DNA of 64,000 nt from Sphaerochaetaceae bacterium (GTDB lineage: Bacteria; Spirochaetota; Spirochaetia; Sphaerochaetales; Sphaerochaetaceae), in the NCBI GenBank assembly GCA_034114085.1, contig JAXEWB010000024.1:11405-75404 (forward strand). The letters run 5' to 3'. The number at the start of each line of letters is the position of its first letter. The stretch's first letter is position 1. The notes beneath the pieces were generated by a model. It was not told where the DNA came from. It saw only the letters and a list, made by a program, of their open reading frames with translations, and made no database searches. Below are positions 29,472 to 40,300 of this stretch, one piece after another. Made by a program: the position numbers and the translations under genes.

Positions 29472-30356
29472 ATGCTTATTCTTATTTCTGATGCGTTTGA
29501 TGCATCCCTGCCGGGACGTTTGGCGGAGTTCGGTGAAGTCACCGACGACAAAAGCCGTTTGGCCGAAGCGAATGTCGTTTTGGTCAGGGCGAAGACAAAG
29601 TGCACCAAGGAGTATATCGATCAGGCCCCGAACCTGAAGCTGATTATCCGTGGTGGCGTCGGAATCGACAATATCGACAAGGCGTACGCTGAAAGCAAGG
29701 GGATTATGGTTCGCAATACTCCCAAGGCGTCGTCAATCGCCGTCGCGGAGCTGGCTTTTGCATTGATGCTCAGCACGCCGAATCATTTGGTTCAATACCA
29801 TGAAGGGATGAAGGCTGGTGAATGGCTGAAGAATATCAAGCGTACCGAGCTGTATGGCAAGACCCTGTGTCTGTTCGGCATCGGCAACATCGCCCGTGAA
29901 GTGGCGAGCCGGGCGAAAGCTTTCGGCATGAAGGTCGTCGCCTACGACAAATATGTGCAGCAGAGCCCGGCGGCTGAGATGAAGGCCACTCCGGAAGAAG
30001 CGGTAAAAGACGCCGACTATATTTCCATGCATCTGCCGTTGACCGATGAGACGCGTGGTATGATGAACAAGGATTTGATTGCTTGTTGCACCCGCAAACC
30101 CGTCGTCATCAATACTGGACGCGGCCTGTGCGTGGACGCGGACGACATGGTGGCGGCCTTGGCTGACGGAAGCGTCTCCTGGTATTGCGCCGACGTCTAT
30201 CCCTCCGATCCTCCCGCAGAGGATTATCCGATTCTGAAAGCTGAACATGTTACGCTGACCCCCCATGTGGGAGCCAATAGCGTCGAGAATCTGAACCGCA
30301 TCGGTGATGAAGTCCATGGGATGATCGCTGAACTCGCAAAGGAAGGAAAAATCTGA
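29472..30356 (+). CDS. serA: D-isomer-specific 2-hydroxyacid dehydrogenase, short D-3-phosphoglycerate dehydrogenase type (no ACT domain)
   Basis: The NAD-binding motif is GKTLCLFGIGNIAREVA. Other family motifs are RGGVGIDNID, NTGRG and TPHVGA. It abuts serC, with the ATG sharing the stop region. The gene symbol is inferred from this context. Confidence 0.75.
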   Translation: MLILISDAFDASLPGRLAEFGEVTDDKSRLAEANVVLVRAKTKCTKEYIDQAPNLKLIIRGGVGIDNIDKAYAESKGIMVRNTPKASSIAVAELAFALMLSTPNHLVQYHEGMKAGEWLKNIKRTELYGKTLCLFGIGNIAREVASRAKAFGMKVVAYDKYVQQSPAAEMKATPEEAVKDADYISMHLPLTDETRGMMNKDLIACCTRKPVVINTGRGLCVDADDMVAALADGSVSWYCADVYPSDPPAEDYPILKAEHVTLTPHVGANSVENLNRIGDEVHGMIAELAKEGKI

Positions 30357-31441
30357 TGAACAGGAAGAAGAATTATTTCGCCGGCCCCTCTGTAATGCCT
30401 GTAGAGGTGCTTGAACAACTGAAGGAACAGATAGTCGATTATGAAGGGCAGGGACTTTCCATGATTGAGGCCAGTCACCGTGGCGGTATGTTCGAGGCCA
30501 TGTACGATGAATGCCTCGGCCTGATGCGTGAGCTGCTGAACATTCCTGAGGACTACGACGTGTATTTCCTTGGTGGCGGCGCGACGTTGCAGTTCGCCAT
30601 GATCCCCATGAACTTCCTCCGCCCCGGAACCGTCGCTGACTACATCAAGAGCGGTACCTGGTCCAACAAGGCCACCGACGATGCTCAGAAGTTCGGTAAC
30701 GTCCATCTGTATTTCGACGGTACGGACGGCAAGTTCACGACATTGCCCGACCCCGCGACGGTAAAGCCGAGCATAAACAGCTCTTACCTCTATCTCTGTT
30801 CGAATGAGACAATCCATGGCGTCGAATGGCAGTCGTTCCCTGATACCGGTGATGTTCCGATGATTGCGGACATGTCCAGTGACATCCTTTCCCGTCCTGT
30901 TCCCGTCGGGAAGTTCGACATGATCTATGGCGGCGTCCAGAAGAACCTCGGCCCCGCCGGAGCGACCTTCATCATCATGAAGAAGTCCCTGCTTGAGAAG
31001 CAGAACGACAACCTGCCCGCATACCTGAACTACAAGCTGCATGCGAAGGAGAAGGGACTGTACAACACGCCTCCCGTGTTCTCCATCTGGGCGGTCAAGC
31101 TCGTCCTTGAATGGATCAAGAAAAATGGCGGCGCGGAAGGAATGCGTAAGCGCGCCGTTGAGAAGAGTTCGATTGTCTATGATACGATTGATGGAAGCGA
31201 TGGGTTCTATCGTTCCCCCGTCAATCCCGCGTTCCGTTCAAAGATGAATATCCCGTTCCGCCTGGCAAGCGAGGATTTGGAGAAGGCTTTCCTTGCGGAG
31301 GCTTCCGCTAATGGCATGCTGGGGCTGAAGGGGCATCGGTCCGTCGGTGGAATCCGGGCTTCCGTCTACAATGCCCTGCCTATCGAGGACGTGCAGGCGC
31401 TTGCTGATTTCATGAAGGATTTCCAGAAGAGAAACGGTTGA
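30356..31441 (+). CDS. serC: phosphoserine aminotransferase
   Basis: The N-terminus is NYFAGPSVMPVEVLEQL...GLSMIEASHRG. The PLP-lysine context is GGVQKNLGPAG. The C-terminus is GHRSVGGIRASVYNA. Confidence 0.95.
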   Translation: MNRKKNYFAGPSVMPVEVLEQLKEQIVDYEGQGLSMIEASHRGGMFEAMYDECLGLMRELLNIPEDYDVYFLGGGATLQFAMIPMNFLRPGTVADYIKSGTWSNKATDDAQKFGNVHLYFDGTDGKFTTLPDPATVKPSINSSYLYLCSNETIHGVEWQSFPDTGDVPMIADMSSDILSRPVPVGKFDMIYGGVQKNLGPAGATFIIMKKSLLEKQNDNLPAYLNYKLHAKEKGLYNTPPVFSIWAVKLVLEWIKKNGGAEGMRKRAVEKSSIVYDTIDGSDGFYRSPVNPAFRSKMNIPFRLASEDLEKAFLAEASANGMLGLKGHRSVGGIRASVYNALPIEDVQALADFMKDFQKRNG

Positions 31442-31513
31442 TTTTGCAGAGGCCTTCATGCGGTTCGTATGCGTTTGCGTCCGTATGAAGGCCTTGTCGT
31501 ATATTGGGAGTGT

Positions 31514-31969
31514 GTGGTGAAAAAGATAGATGAAACCAACAAAGCGATAATCAAACAGCTGTGTGATGGACGTAAAGCGTATAGCGCGATCGCGGAAGAA
31601 TTGAATATCACTGAGAATACGGTGAGGGCTCGCGTCAACAAGCTCATTGAGGAAGGCGTATTGCAGATTTCCGGTCTGATTGATCCTGAATGCATTCCTG
31701 GATTGCAGGTCGTAATGATGGGCGTAAAACTCAAGACGCTGGATCTTGAGCGCAAGGCAAAGGAGTTCTCCCGCTTGCGTGGCGTCATTTCATCAGCTGT
31801 CGTGACCGGTCGCTACGATCTGATTGTACAGTTGATTTTGAGCGAAGATGAGAATCTCTCTTTGCTGGATTTCTTTAAACATGAACTGGTGAAGATCAAC
31901 GAAGTGCTTGAAGTCGAGACTTTTGTTGTCTACCAGTCCCATAACTATAGGATTCCCTACATTCTGTAA
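31514..31969 (+). CDS. Lrp/AsnC-family transcriptional regulator
   Basis: The HTH is IDETNKAIIKQLCDGRKAYSAIAEELNITENTVRARVNKLIEEGVL. An RAM/AsnC_trans_reg C-terminal domain follows. A GTG start at 31514 or 31517 follows a GGGAG RBS. Confidence 0.85.
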   Translation: MVKKIDETNKAIIKQLCDGRKAYSAIAEELNITENTVRARVNKLIEEGVLQISGLIDPECIPGLQVVMMGVKLKTLDLERKAKEFSRLRGVISSAVVTGRYDLIVQLILSEDENLSLLDFFKHELVKINEVLEVETFVVYQSHNYRIPYIL

Positions 31970-31997
31970 TTGTACAAGTAGCCCTTGTTGTTTCAGA

Positions 31998-32034
31998 AGG
32001 CCGTCGTAAAAAATATTTGCGACGGCCTGTTTGC
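31998..32034 (+). terminator. probable terminator after the Lrp gene
   Basis: The 9-bp stem is AGGCCGTCG/CGACGGCCT with an A/T-rich loop. The T tract that follows (GTTTG) is weak. Confidence 0.5.
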
Positions 32035-32300
32035 ATACGCTTTTTCCGCTTTGCCGTCTTGTGGACGGCCTGCCGCCGTGTTCATCGGCTTACGGGACGA
32101 TTGATCCATGACCAACGGGGGAGTTGTTCGGCGACTGGCATCGTCCTTCTGCGTTGCGCAAGTCCTGGTGCGTGTACATCGGAGAGCGGCAAATAAAATC
32201 GTCTCTAATCATTGCTTTGGTACAGCCAAAAAGGTCAGAACATGCTATGATGGGAATATCATGGTGGATTGTGTCTTCAATCCCTTGGCCAGGAGGTGGT

Positions 32301-33287
32301 ATGATTTCTCTACAAACGAAATATATGGGTCTTACCCTGAAGAATCCGATTATCATCGGCAGCAGTCCGCTGACTGCCAGTTTGGACAGTCTGCGCAAAT
32401 GTGAGGATGCCGGCGTGGGAGCCGTGGTCATCAAGTCGATTTTTGAAGAGCAGATTGACGCAGACGCTTCGGCTGTGGTTTCCGATGCGCAGGAATATCT
32501 CACCCATGCGGATGCCTACGGTTTTCTCGAAGGTGCGAGCAAGGATCACTATATCGATACCTATCTTGCGTTGGTAGAAGGTGCGAAACGGGCTCTCGAT
32601 ATTCCTGTAATCGCGTCCATCAATTGTAAAGACGCGGGGACATGGCTTGACTACGGGCAGCGTTTCGTTTCCTGCGGGGCTGATGCTCTGGAACTCAATC
32701 ACTATGTGGTCGCGGCAGACGCGAAGGTTCCGGGCGAAGAGGTTGAGAAGGAGTATCTCAAGCTTGTGAAGAACGCCCGCAAGGAGTTCAAGCTGCCATT
32801 GAGCCTGAAGCTTGGCTACAAGTTTTCCAGCCTCGCCAATATGATCAGGCAGTTCGACAAGCTTGGTCTGGATGCGCTCGTGCTGTTCAACCGGTTCTAC
32901 CATCCGGATATCGACATTGACAATTTGACGTTCAAACCCGCCGAGGTCCTCAGTACTGCACATGAATATGTCGAATCGCTTCGCTGGACAGCCTTGATGA
33001 GCGCTGAGATTAATTGTGACATCTGTGCGACTACAGGAATCCATACCGGGGAAACCGTTGTGAAGCAGCTGCTCGCCGGAGCAAAGGCGGTTCAAGTATG
33101 TTCCGCCATCATCAAATACGGTTTTGGCCGCGTCGGGGAGATGCTTGGCAAAGTCGAGTCATGGATGGAGAAGCACGAATATTCAGAAGTCGCGCAATTC
33201 AATGGGATACTGGCCCAGGAACGTATGTCCGATCCATCGGCTTGGGAACGGAGCCAGTATATGAAATCATTGCTGGGAAGCAAATAG
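32301..33287 (+). CDS. dihydroorotate dehydrogenase-like (DHOD/DHPD family) flavoprotein
   Basis: The TIM-barrel DHOD family pattern is MGLTLKNPIIIGSSPLT...GVGAVVIKSIFEEQ...IPVIASIN...ELNHY. A GGAGG RBS precedes the ATG at 32301. The exact substrate is not assignable. Confidence 0.75.
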   Translation: MISLQTKYMGLTLKNPIIIGSSPLTASLDSLRKCEDAGVGAVVIKSIFEEQIDADASAVVSDAQEYLTHADAYGFLEGASKDHYIDTYLALVEGAKRALDIPVIASINCKDAGTWLDYGQRFVSCGADALELNHYVVAADAKVPGEEVEKEYLKLVKNARKEFKLPLSLKLGYKFSSLANMIRQFDKLGLDALVLFNRFYHPDIDIDNLTFKPAEVLSTAHEYVESLRWTALMSAEINCDICATTGIHTGETVVKQLLAGAKAVQVCSAIIKYGFGRVGEMLGKVESWMEKHEYSEVAQFNGILAQERMSDPSAWERSQYMKSLLGSK

Positions 33288-33301
33288 GAGAGGCCGGTAT
33301 C

Positions 33302-34438
33302 ATGGATAAGGCAAAATATAGAGACATAGCTCCCTATGATCCCGATGCAGTCGCCCAGGCGATAGATCGTTTGCGGAATTCGCCGCAGTTCATGATAGGT
33401 CTTGGGGAATTGCTTTCTTCGGACGATGATGATGCCAGAAAAGCCGTAGCGGCATTTCAAGAACGGCTTCCCGTCCTTTTGGACCAGGTAAGGACTTATG
33501 AGGATTTCCAGCGGATTATTACGGCTGGCATGATGATTCCTACTATCCTGAAGAAGTCAGTTGACAAGTTCTCCTTCACTGGTTCGGAGAATCTTGACAA
33601 GGAGAAGCCGTTCCTGTTCATCAGCAACCACCGTGATATTGTGTTGGATTGCACGCTTCTCGATTATGCGTTGCTCCAGTCGGGAATGATGCTTTGCGAG
33701 ATGGCCATAGGCGACAACCTCCTGGTGAACCAATTCGCGACTGACATGTTCAAGCTCAACGGGGGCATCACCGTCAAACGGGAGCTTCCGATGCGTGAGA
33801 AATATCTGGAGTCGATTCGTCTCAGCGAGTATTTTATTGAACTGATCACTGAGGAACGTCATTCAATCTGGGTCGCGCAGAAGAGCGGTCGGTCCAAGGA
33901 TGGAATTGACACAACCAACGCGGCGATTATCAAGATGCTCTATTTGTCCAAGAAAAAGACCGGTGTGAAATTCTCCGACTTGATAAAATCCTGCAACATC
34001 GTCCCTGTGTCAATCAGCTATGAATACGATCCCTGTGATATCAACAAGGGGAGGGAGGAAGTCAGCAAGCTGCTGCATGGTGGTGAATATCGGAAAAAGA
34101 AGTACGAGGATTTGCTGAACATGCTCCGGGGGCTTCGGAAGTACAAGGGCAACATCCATCTTGCGTTCGGCAAACCGCTGGTTGACGACTACGAGACTCC
34201 TGAGGCGGTGGCGCGGGAGATTGACCGGCAAATCCACCTTGAGTACAGGCTTTGGGACACCAATTGTTTCGCATACGATTATCTGGAGGGGACCGGCAGG
34301 TTCTCCGAGCGCTACGCTGACATGGATACTGAAAAGTTTCTTGACCGGTACAGGGGGCTAAAAAAAGATGTCAGGGAATTCGTGCTCAATTCCTATGCTA
34401 ATCCGGTACGTTCCTACCTTGCGGAAACTGATGCATAG
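33302..34438 (+). CDS. PlsC-type acyltransferase family protein
   Basis: The HxxxxD motif is in FISNHRDIVLDCTLLDYAL. The downstream blocks WVAQKSGRSKDG and IVPVSISYEYDP match the acyltransferase blocks. Confidence 0.75.
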   Translation: MDKAKYRDIAPYDPDAVAQAIDRLRNSPQFMIGLGELLSSDDDDARKAVAAFQERLPVLLDQVRTYEDFQRIITAGMMIPTILKKSVDKFSFTGSENLDKEKPFLFISNHRDIVLDCTLLDYALLQSGMMLCEMAIGDNLLVNQFATDMFKLNGGITVKRELPMREKYLESIRLSEYFIELITEERHSIWVAQKSGRSKDGIDTTNAAIIKMLYLSKKKTGVKFSDLIKSCNIVPVSISYEYDPCDINKGREEVSKLLHGGEYRKKKYEDLLNMLRGLRKYKGNIHLAFGKPLVDDYETPEAVAREIDRQIHLEYRLWDTNCFAYDYLEGTGRFSERYADMDTEKFLDRYRGLKKDVREFVLNSYANPVRSYLAETDA

Positions 34439-35297
34439 GATTTTTCCAGTGGTACGTGCCGGTGGAGTCGCATTGTTCTTGGCGATTCTACTGGCTTGCG
34501 TTTCCTGTTCCCGTGAAGATTTTTCGTTGCGTGAAGAACAATCTACCATCGTAGTTTCGGTCGATGTCGATAGTTCCGGCGCTTTTTCGCCTGCACGGTA
34601 TTCTTTGTCCTTGTATGTGGATGTTGGTTTTACCATAGAACCGGAGGAACTCCAGTTTTCCGTCACCACTCCTGACGGTCTGGATAATTGGGAGTTCTTT
34701 CCCGCTCTGATTGAGTTTGATGGTGTTCGGTGGCTTGGTCATTCGAACATATCTCTAGGTGCGGAAGTGCCTGTACCAAAGGGCGACTGGTCGTTGCGGT
34801 TGTTCCTGAAAGACGGGCGAACGATAGAGCATTCCTTTTCCGTTGCGTATGATGGAGTATCACCCGTATCCTATCCCGTCGTAGCTTTCGCTTCGTCAGC
34901 CGACGGGCAGCGTGTCGTGGTATTGACGACTTCTGGTCAGCGAGAAGCTATGCGGAACGTACTACTGGATGTACCGCGGGAGCTGAATGAGAAACTTCTG
35001 CCCGTCGTCCATGCCGATTATAGTGGCATGCCGGATTCTTCCGGTTCCAGTACCCTTGTACCTGCCGTTTCCGTCGCCCCTCCGTCTTCCTTCGCCCAGT
35101 CCGTTTCGGTCGCATGGAACTTTGAGCTGATGAATCAGACAGGGGAGATGCTCTACCAGGGTGAAATATCCCCGGGCCTTCATTCTCTGACGGAGCTAGG
35201 GGGGACCCTGTGGGACAATGCGAAAACATTGGTCCTGTATCGGTATATTCCTGAGTCCCGCATCACGTTCGTCTGTCGGCAGACGTTACGCGATTAA
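34431..35297 (+). CDS. hypothetical lipoprotein
   Basis: The ATG overlaps the end of the upstream gene. The signal peptide has a lipobox (VALFLAILLAC-VSCS). I recognise no domain. The stop overlaps the mutL stop on the opposite strand (TTAA). Confidence 0.6.
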   Translation: MHRIFPVVRAGGVALFLAILLACVSCSREDFSLREEQSTIVVSVDVDSSGAFSPARYSLSLYVDVGFTIEPEELQFSVTTPDGLDNWEFFPALIEFDGVRWLGHSNISLGAEVPVPKGDWSLRLFLKDGRTIEHSFSVAYDGVSPVSYPVVAFASSADGQRVVVLTTSGQREAMRNVLLDVPRELNEKLLPVVHADYSGMPDSSGSSTLVPAVSVAPPSSFAQSVSVAWNFELMNQTGEMLYQGEISPGLHSLTELGGTLWDNAKTLVLYRYIPESRITFVCRQTLRD

Positions 35298-37207
35298 GTC
35301 CTTCCTACCGCCTGCCATAGCTCCTGCTTGCTGATTCTGACCAGAAACGTCCGGCCATGGGGGCAGCAAGGATCCTGCATGGCGAATACTTTTTCTAGAA
35401 TCGCTTTCGCCGTATATGCGTCTATGGCATCCCCGTCTTTGATTGCCGCGTGACAGGCGATGATCGCGTAAAGTCCCTTTTCTATTTCATCCAGATCTCC
35501 CGTCTGCGTGCTGATGAACCGTACAATTGCCTGCTCCACCGGTTTGCATAACGCAGGAAGCGACGCAAGTTCCCAAAGCAGATCTTCCGGTCTGGACAGC
35601 TCCATGCCAAACTCAGCGTATATGTAGGAATTCTCCTGCAAAAACATATCAACATCCCTGTCTACTTCAAAAGATAGCGGTACCATCAGTTTCTGGATGT
35701 CCTTGTGTTCCTTGATTTCATCGAACAGAATCCGTTCATGGGCGGCATGCTGGTCCACCAAGTAGATGTCGTCCCCCTTCTGTGCTATGAGAAAAAGACT
35801 GAATGCTTGACCGAGATATGTAAAAGCTTGTTCCTCCATTGTCTGCGCCATCCACTCCGATGCGTCAGGACTCCGACGGTCGGCTATCGCCTGAAGCGAA
35901 TCTTCACGTTCTACGACAGGTCTCGCCTCATTCTGGCGCTGGGGATGAAGCATGGCTTTCGCCTTCGCGAACCATGCGGGGTCGCTCGGGCGTTGCTCCT
36001 GGGGGGACGAGCCGGTTCCCCTCGTGCCAGAACCGCCGCCCGTCCCTGCGCCGTAGATACTTGGTCGGATACCAGCATAAGGTCTGTCTGGCTCTGCGGA
36101 AAGGTTTCTGAAAGTCGGTTGTGAATCCTTTGGCTCCTCGTCTTGTCCGTTGGGCCGGGATTGTCCAAGCTCCAGCTGTGCGGCTCCTTGGTGCGCCTCT
36201 ATCCTAAGCCGGGGAATTGCCCTGCGAACCTGAGTTCTGACCATCTCGACGACTTGATGATGTATCTCCGCCTTGTTGCGGAGCTTCACTTCACGCTTCG
36301 CCGGGTGAATGTTGAAATCGACGAGGGTAGGATCGACCGTCACAAACAGGTAGCAGTACGGATAACTGCCTCCGGGTAGCATTTCCCCGTATCCGTAGAC
36401 CACCGCCTGAACTAAAGCGAATTCCTCCACTGGGCGATTGTTTATATAGATTTTGATATGGGATCTGTCCGAACGGTAACATGCGGGTGTAGAAGCTACC
36501 GCGTACAACGAAAATTTTCCCGCTGTATCATACAGTTCCAAAGTCTCTCCGCGGACAAGATTCTTGTCGGTGGCGAGAGCATCAAGCACCCGGTCCTTCT
36601 TTGAAGCCGGCGGCAGATGAAGTCGCAGAACATCATCCGCATAGAACTTGAATTCTATATCGGGAAAAGCCAAAGCCTTTTCTGCCATGACGTTTTTGCA
36701 CATCGTGGCTTCGGTGGACGGACGCTTGAGAAACATTCTGCGTGCGGGGATATCATGGAACAAGTCTTCGACATCTACTTGCGTCCCCTTGCCCGGTCCC
36801 CCCGGCGCCACAGGACCTTCCGTCCCGTTGTCTACCGTAATCTGCCACGGCGTTCCTTGCGCCCTGCTGCTGGCAATAGTTACTCTTGCGCAGGCGGCGA
36901 TACTGTAGAGTGCTTCGCCCCTGAACCCCATCGTAGAAAGATGATACAGATCGTCCAGCGTGGAAACCTTGCTGGTCGCATGACTTTTGCAGCATAACGG
37001 CAGGTCTTCCTTGTCGATGCCGTCTCCGTCATCGATGACCGTTATTCGTTTCAGCCCCCCCTCCTGGACATACACGCCGATCGAGGCCGCATGGGCGTCA
37101 ATGGCGTTGTCGATCAGCTCCCGTACTACGGACGACGGCCGTTCTATCACTTCCCCCGCGGCGATGCGTTGTGCGACGATCGGGTCTAGCAATTGAATTC
37201 TGTTCAT
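35294..37207 (-). CDS. mutL: DNA mismatch repair protein MutL
   Basis: The GHKL ATPase N-terminus is IQLLDPIVAQRIAAGEVIERPSSVVRELIDNAIDA...DDGDGI. The C-terminal dimerisation/endonuclease region is QHAAHERILFD and CPHGRTF. Confidence 0.95.
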   Translation of the reverse strand: MNRIQLLDPIVAQRIAAGEVIERPSSVVRELIDNAIDAHAASIGVYVQEGGLKRITVIDDGDGIDKEDLPLCCKSHATSKVSTLDDLYHLSTMGFRGEALYSIAACARVTIASSRAQGTPWQITVDNGTEGPVAPGGPGKGTQVDVEDLFHDIPARRMFLKRPSTEATMCKNVMAEKALAFPDIEFKFYADDVLRLHLPPASKKDRVLDALATDKNLVRGETLELYDTAGKFSLYAVASTPACYRSDRSHIKIYINNRPVEEFALVQAVVYGYGEMLPGGSYPYCYLFVTVDPTLVDFNIHPAKREVKLRNKAEIHHQVVEMVRTQVRRAIPRLRIEAHQGAAQLELGQSRPNGQDEEPKDSQPTFRNLSAEPDRPYAGIRPSIYGAGTGGGSGTRGTGSSPQEQRPSDPAWFAKAKAMLHPQRQNEARPVVEREDSLQAIADRRSPDASEWMAQTMEEQAFTYLGQAFSLFLIAQKGDDIYLVDQHAAHERILFDEIKEHKDIQKLMVPLSFEVDRDVDMFLQENSYIYAEFGMELSRPEDLLWELASLPALCKPVEQAIVRFISTQTGDLDEIEKGLYAIIACHAAIKDGDAIDAYTAKAILEKVFAMQDPCCPHGRTFLVRISKQELWQAVGRT

Positions 37208-37213
37208 GCTGTC

Positions 37214-37222
37214 ATTGTACCA
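37214..37222 (-). promoter_or_regulatory. extended -10 element (TGgTACAAT) immediately upstream of mutL
   Basis: On the minus strand the sequence is TGGTACAATgacagcATG. The -10 ends 6 nt before the ATG, and no Shine-Dalgarno is present. Confidence 0.4.
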
Positions 37223-37232
37223 CATCTGCATG

Positions 37233-37280
37233 GAAAAAGTAAAAAGGACCGCGCTCAGCCATGGGACGTTCGCGCGATCC
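37233..37280 (-). terminator. probable terminator after the 1333-aa gene
   Basis: On the minus strand the stem is GGATCGCGC/GCGCGGTCC (one G-U pair) with a 17-nt loop. It is followed by TTTTTACTTTTT. Confidence 0.5.
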
Positions 37281-37306
37281 TCAGTTTTGATCCATCCAGA
37301 CAAGAG

Positions 37307-40300
37307 TTAGAAGCCGATCTTGACTCCCATGGAGAGCGCGGGCTTGACGTTTCCAGTCGGTTTGCCGTCTGTATCGTAGACCTCGGTGGTCGATATCCTT
37401 CCAGTTACAGTGGCAAGCCCCGCCTTGATATCGAGCTGGCCGTATGCCACCGCGTTCTCATTGACGAAGAACGCATTCAGTCCGCCGAGGAGGGACGGCC
37501 TGGTATTGAACAGGCTCCTGATCTCACTAAAGATATTCTGTTTCACGAAGCCGGCGGAGACATCGACGACCGAAGTGCTGATTTTCAATTCAAGGTTGAA
37601 TTTGTCTCCGACATAGCTGAGGCTTGAGAAGTTCGGCAGATCGACGTCAAGGATATAACCAGTATGGATCGAGAACACATTCGAGGCGTATCCGAACGCA
37701 ACTTTACCGAAGAAGGTCCTGGCGGCGGTTTCGACTCCGACGAAATCAGTGTTGCGCCGCAAATAGTATTCATCGAACATTCCATAGGAGAGGATGCCGG
37801 ATTGGATTCCTCCCGCTAGCGTAAAATTGAAGTTGCCGAATGTTCCGTCAAGAGAGCCCGCGAGCAGGTAATTTTTCAATTGTGAGTTCTCGTCAAGCAA
37901 CAAGAACTTGTTGCCGGCGGTCCCGCTCAGTTGCGCTGCTGTTGAAGCATGGATGCCAAGGGACAGGGAATCAAGCCCCTTGTTGTAGATGATTGGTAGA
38001 GTGATGTCCACCGTGGGATACAGCCTGAAGGCTTCATAGGATGGTCGTTTCGCCTGCGCAACGGCCGATATGCCAATCTTGAACGGATAGCTCATCGCGA
38101 TTGGTTTCGCGGAAATGGCAAGTCCGGCCAAGGTCGGGAACGTCATGTCATCAATGAACAGTTCATACCCGAAGTAGAGGGTGTTCAACCTGTTGTACAA
38201 CGGCAATGCGGTAAAATACGGTGCTTCGATGTCGGGCAGGATGTTGTCAACCAGCGTACCCCCCGCGAACGTGAGGGCCTGTTCCCTGTCCATGAGCAGG
38301 TAGAAGGAGCTCAACGGTTTACAGATACGCAGGTGTTCGACAAGATTGAACACATCGGTTACGAGATCGAGCACCTTTTGCGGAGTTGAAAGGGAACTTG
38401 TATCGAACACACCGAAATCCCAGAACCTGTCGCCTCGCGGCGCATACCATGAAGCGGGATCGAATACTGTATGATAGCCGAGGCTGGCACCGAAGTTAAT
38501 GCCGACTCCTAGGGAGAAATTATCGGAATCAAATAGCAATACCGGTTTGATGAACAACATTTGGTCATTGGAATTCTTGTTCGACGGGGTAGATGAGAAC
38601 CTGCGGTTCACATAGGTCGCCCCGATGCTGCCAGAAATCTTGACTTTACCTTCTTTGGTCAATAGAGGGGATTCTCCGAATTGCGGGAACGTCCCCGTTC
38701 CAAGCCGCATCGTCATGCCGAGGTCCAGGACCGGTGCTATGCCCATGTTCGTCTGTCCCGGCGTAGTCTTTGCGGTGGATAGCTTCATGTCGAGCCGAAC
38801 CGCGCCGGCGTCATACTCCGCATAGGCGTATACGTTGGTGTATTCGGGATTCAGAAACGCGCCGATTTTTTCACTGGCGCTACCGCTTCCTGTGAACAAG
38901 GCACTGTAGGCGCCGATCATGTCAATCTGCTGGAGTCCTGCCCCAAAACTCCACGCCGTCCCTGCGTACCCAAGCTCCAACGATGAAATGTCAGCCTTTC
39001 TTCCATGCGCATCGCCGGCGAGCGGCGCCAGTCCAAAGTCTCCGGAAAGCTTGAATGGTAGGTTCCACGAACCGGCAATCTGGAAACCGTTGACCGCATA
39101 GGAACCATTGAGCATGAGGTCGAGGATATTTCCAGTCGTCATGGGTTTTCCACTGTAGGAGGTGTTGTTGATCAGATTCGATACAACCTTACCTCTGTTG
39201 AACGCTACTGTAGCACCGAGTTTCGCACCGCCGAAAGTTGCATCAAGACCGGCGCTAGCGAGGAAATTCGGAAATTTCTCCATGAGGGATGCCGCGTCTT
39301 TGTCATAGATATCCGAAACCTTGAAGTCCGGGTAGGCTTGCAGGTACAACGCTCCGCCGATATTCAGGTTCATCCTTAGCTTCCGGTTGTTGACTAGCGG
39401 GAAACTGAAATCCAAGGAAGGATACAAATCCACTACGAGGCTTGCGGATGGTCTTGATAGAACGACAAGGGAGGATATCCCGATACTGAACGGATATGCC
39501 TGAGTCGGTGTAAAACGGAAACGGACGCCACCGGTCTGCTGTCTGTTCGCCAGCAGGTCGTTCAAGTAGAGATCGTCGAAATATATCTGATGCCCGTACC
39601 AGGAGGTGTTCACCTGATTGTAGAATCCAAGCATCGACGTCTTGTCAAAACGATGGTTGATGCCTCCCATCATGGAGTTGACGCCGAAGCTGATCGGAGA
39701 AGTCGTATCCACGTTGAAATATACTTTGCCTGATGTCGTTCCGAACTTGAAATAGTCAATGAAACTGGTAATCGACGCAATAGTGTTCAGTGGAGAGGAC
39801 GCATCGAACTTCAGCGTTCCACCAATATCTTCCCATTTCAGGGAACCTGTCGTACTGAGTGTCGCCCGGAGTCCCAGTTTAAAGGTATTGTAGCTGAAAT
39901 ACGGCTTGACGGCGATCGTGGAAAGCGGCTGCACATCCGCGTCAGCGGATGAACCGTCATAATGGAGCGAATAGGAGAGGGCCACCCCCGCGTCGAGCTT
40001 GGTCTTCTCCGGCGCAGCACCGGAAATCAATCCGCTGGGCTGTCGGACGGTGAGCTTGTCATCTTCTCCTGGTGTCGATGCCGATGTCGCTGGGGCTGCG
40101 GCAGGCTCTTCCATGGGCGTTGACGCGATGGGCTCTTCCAATATGACCTTTGGTTCTTCAAAAGATTGAACGGATGGTCGATAGTAGGATATTTTCGCCG
40201 GTGTGAACACCGGCGCTCTGGGGACGGGCTTGTTTATTGTGGGAAGCGATTCAAAAACCGGTGCTTCGGGAAACAGCGGCTTGCTTTCAGCTGTTCCTGC

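Noticed and set aside
32090-32503. 137-aa minus-strand ORF, and the long N-terminal extension of the DHOD-like ORF (track start 32124).
   Set aside because: The conserved DHOD-family sequence begins at MISLQTKYMGLTLKNP, which has a GGAGG RBS at the right distance. The upstream extension and the antisense ORF have no support.
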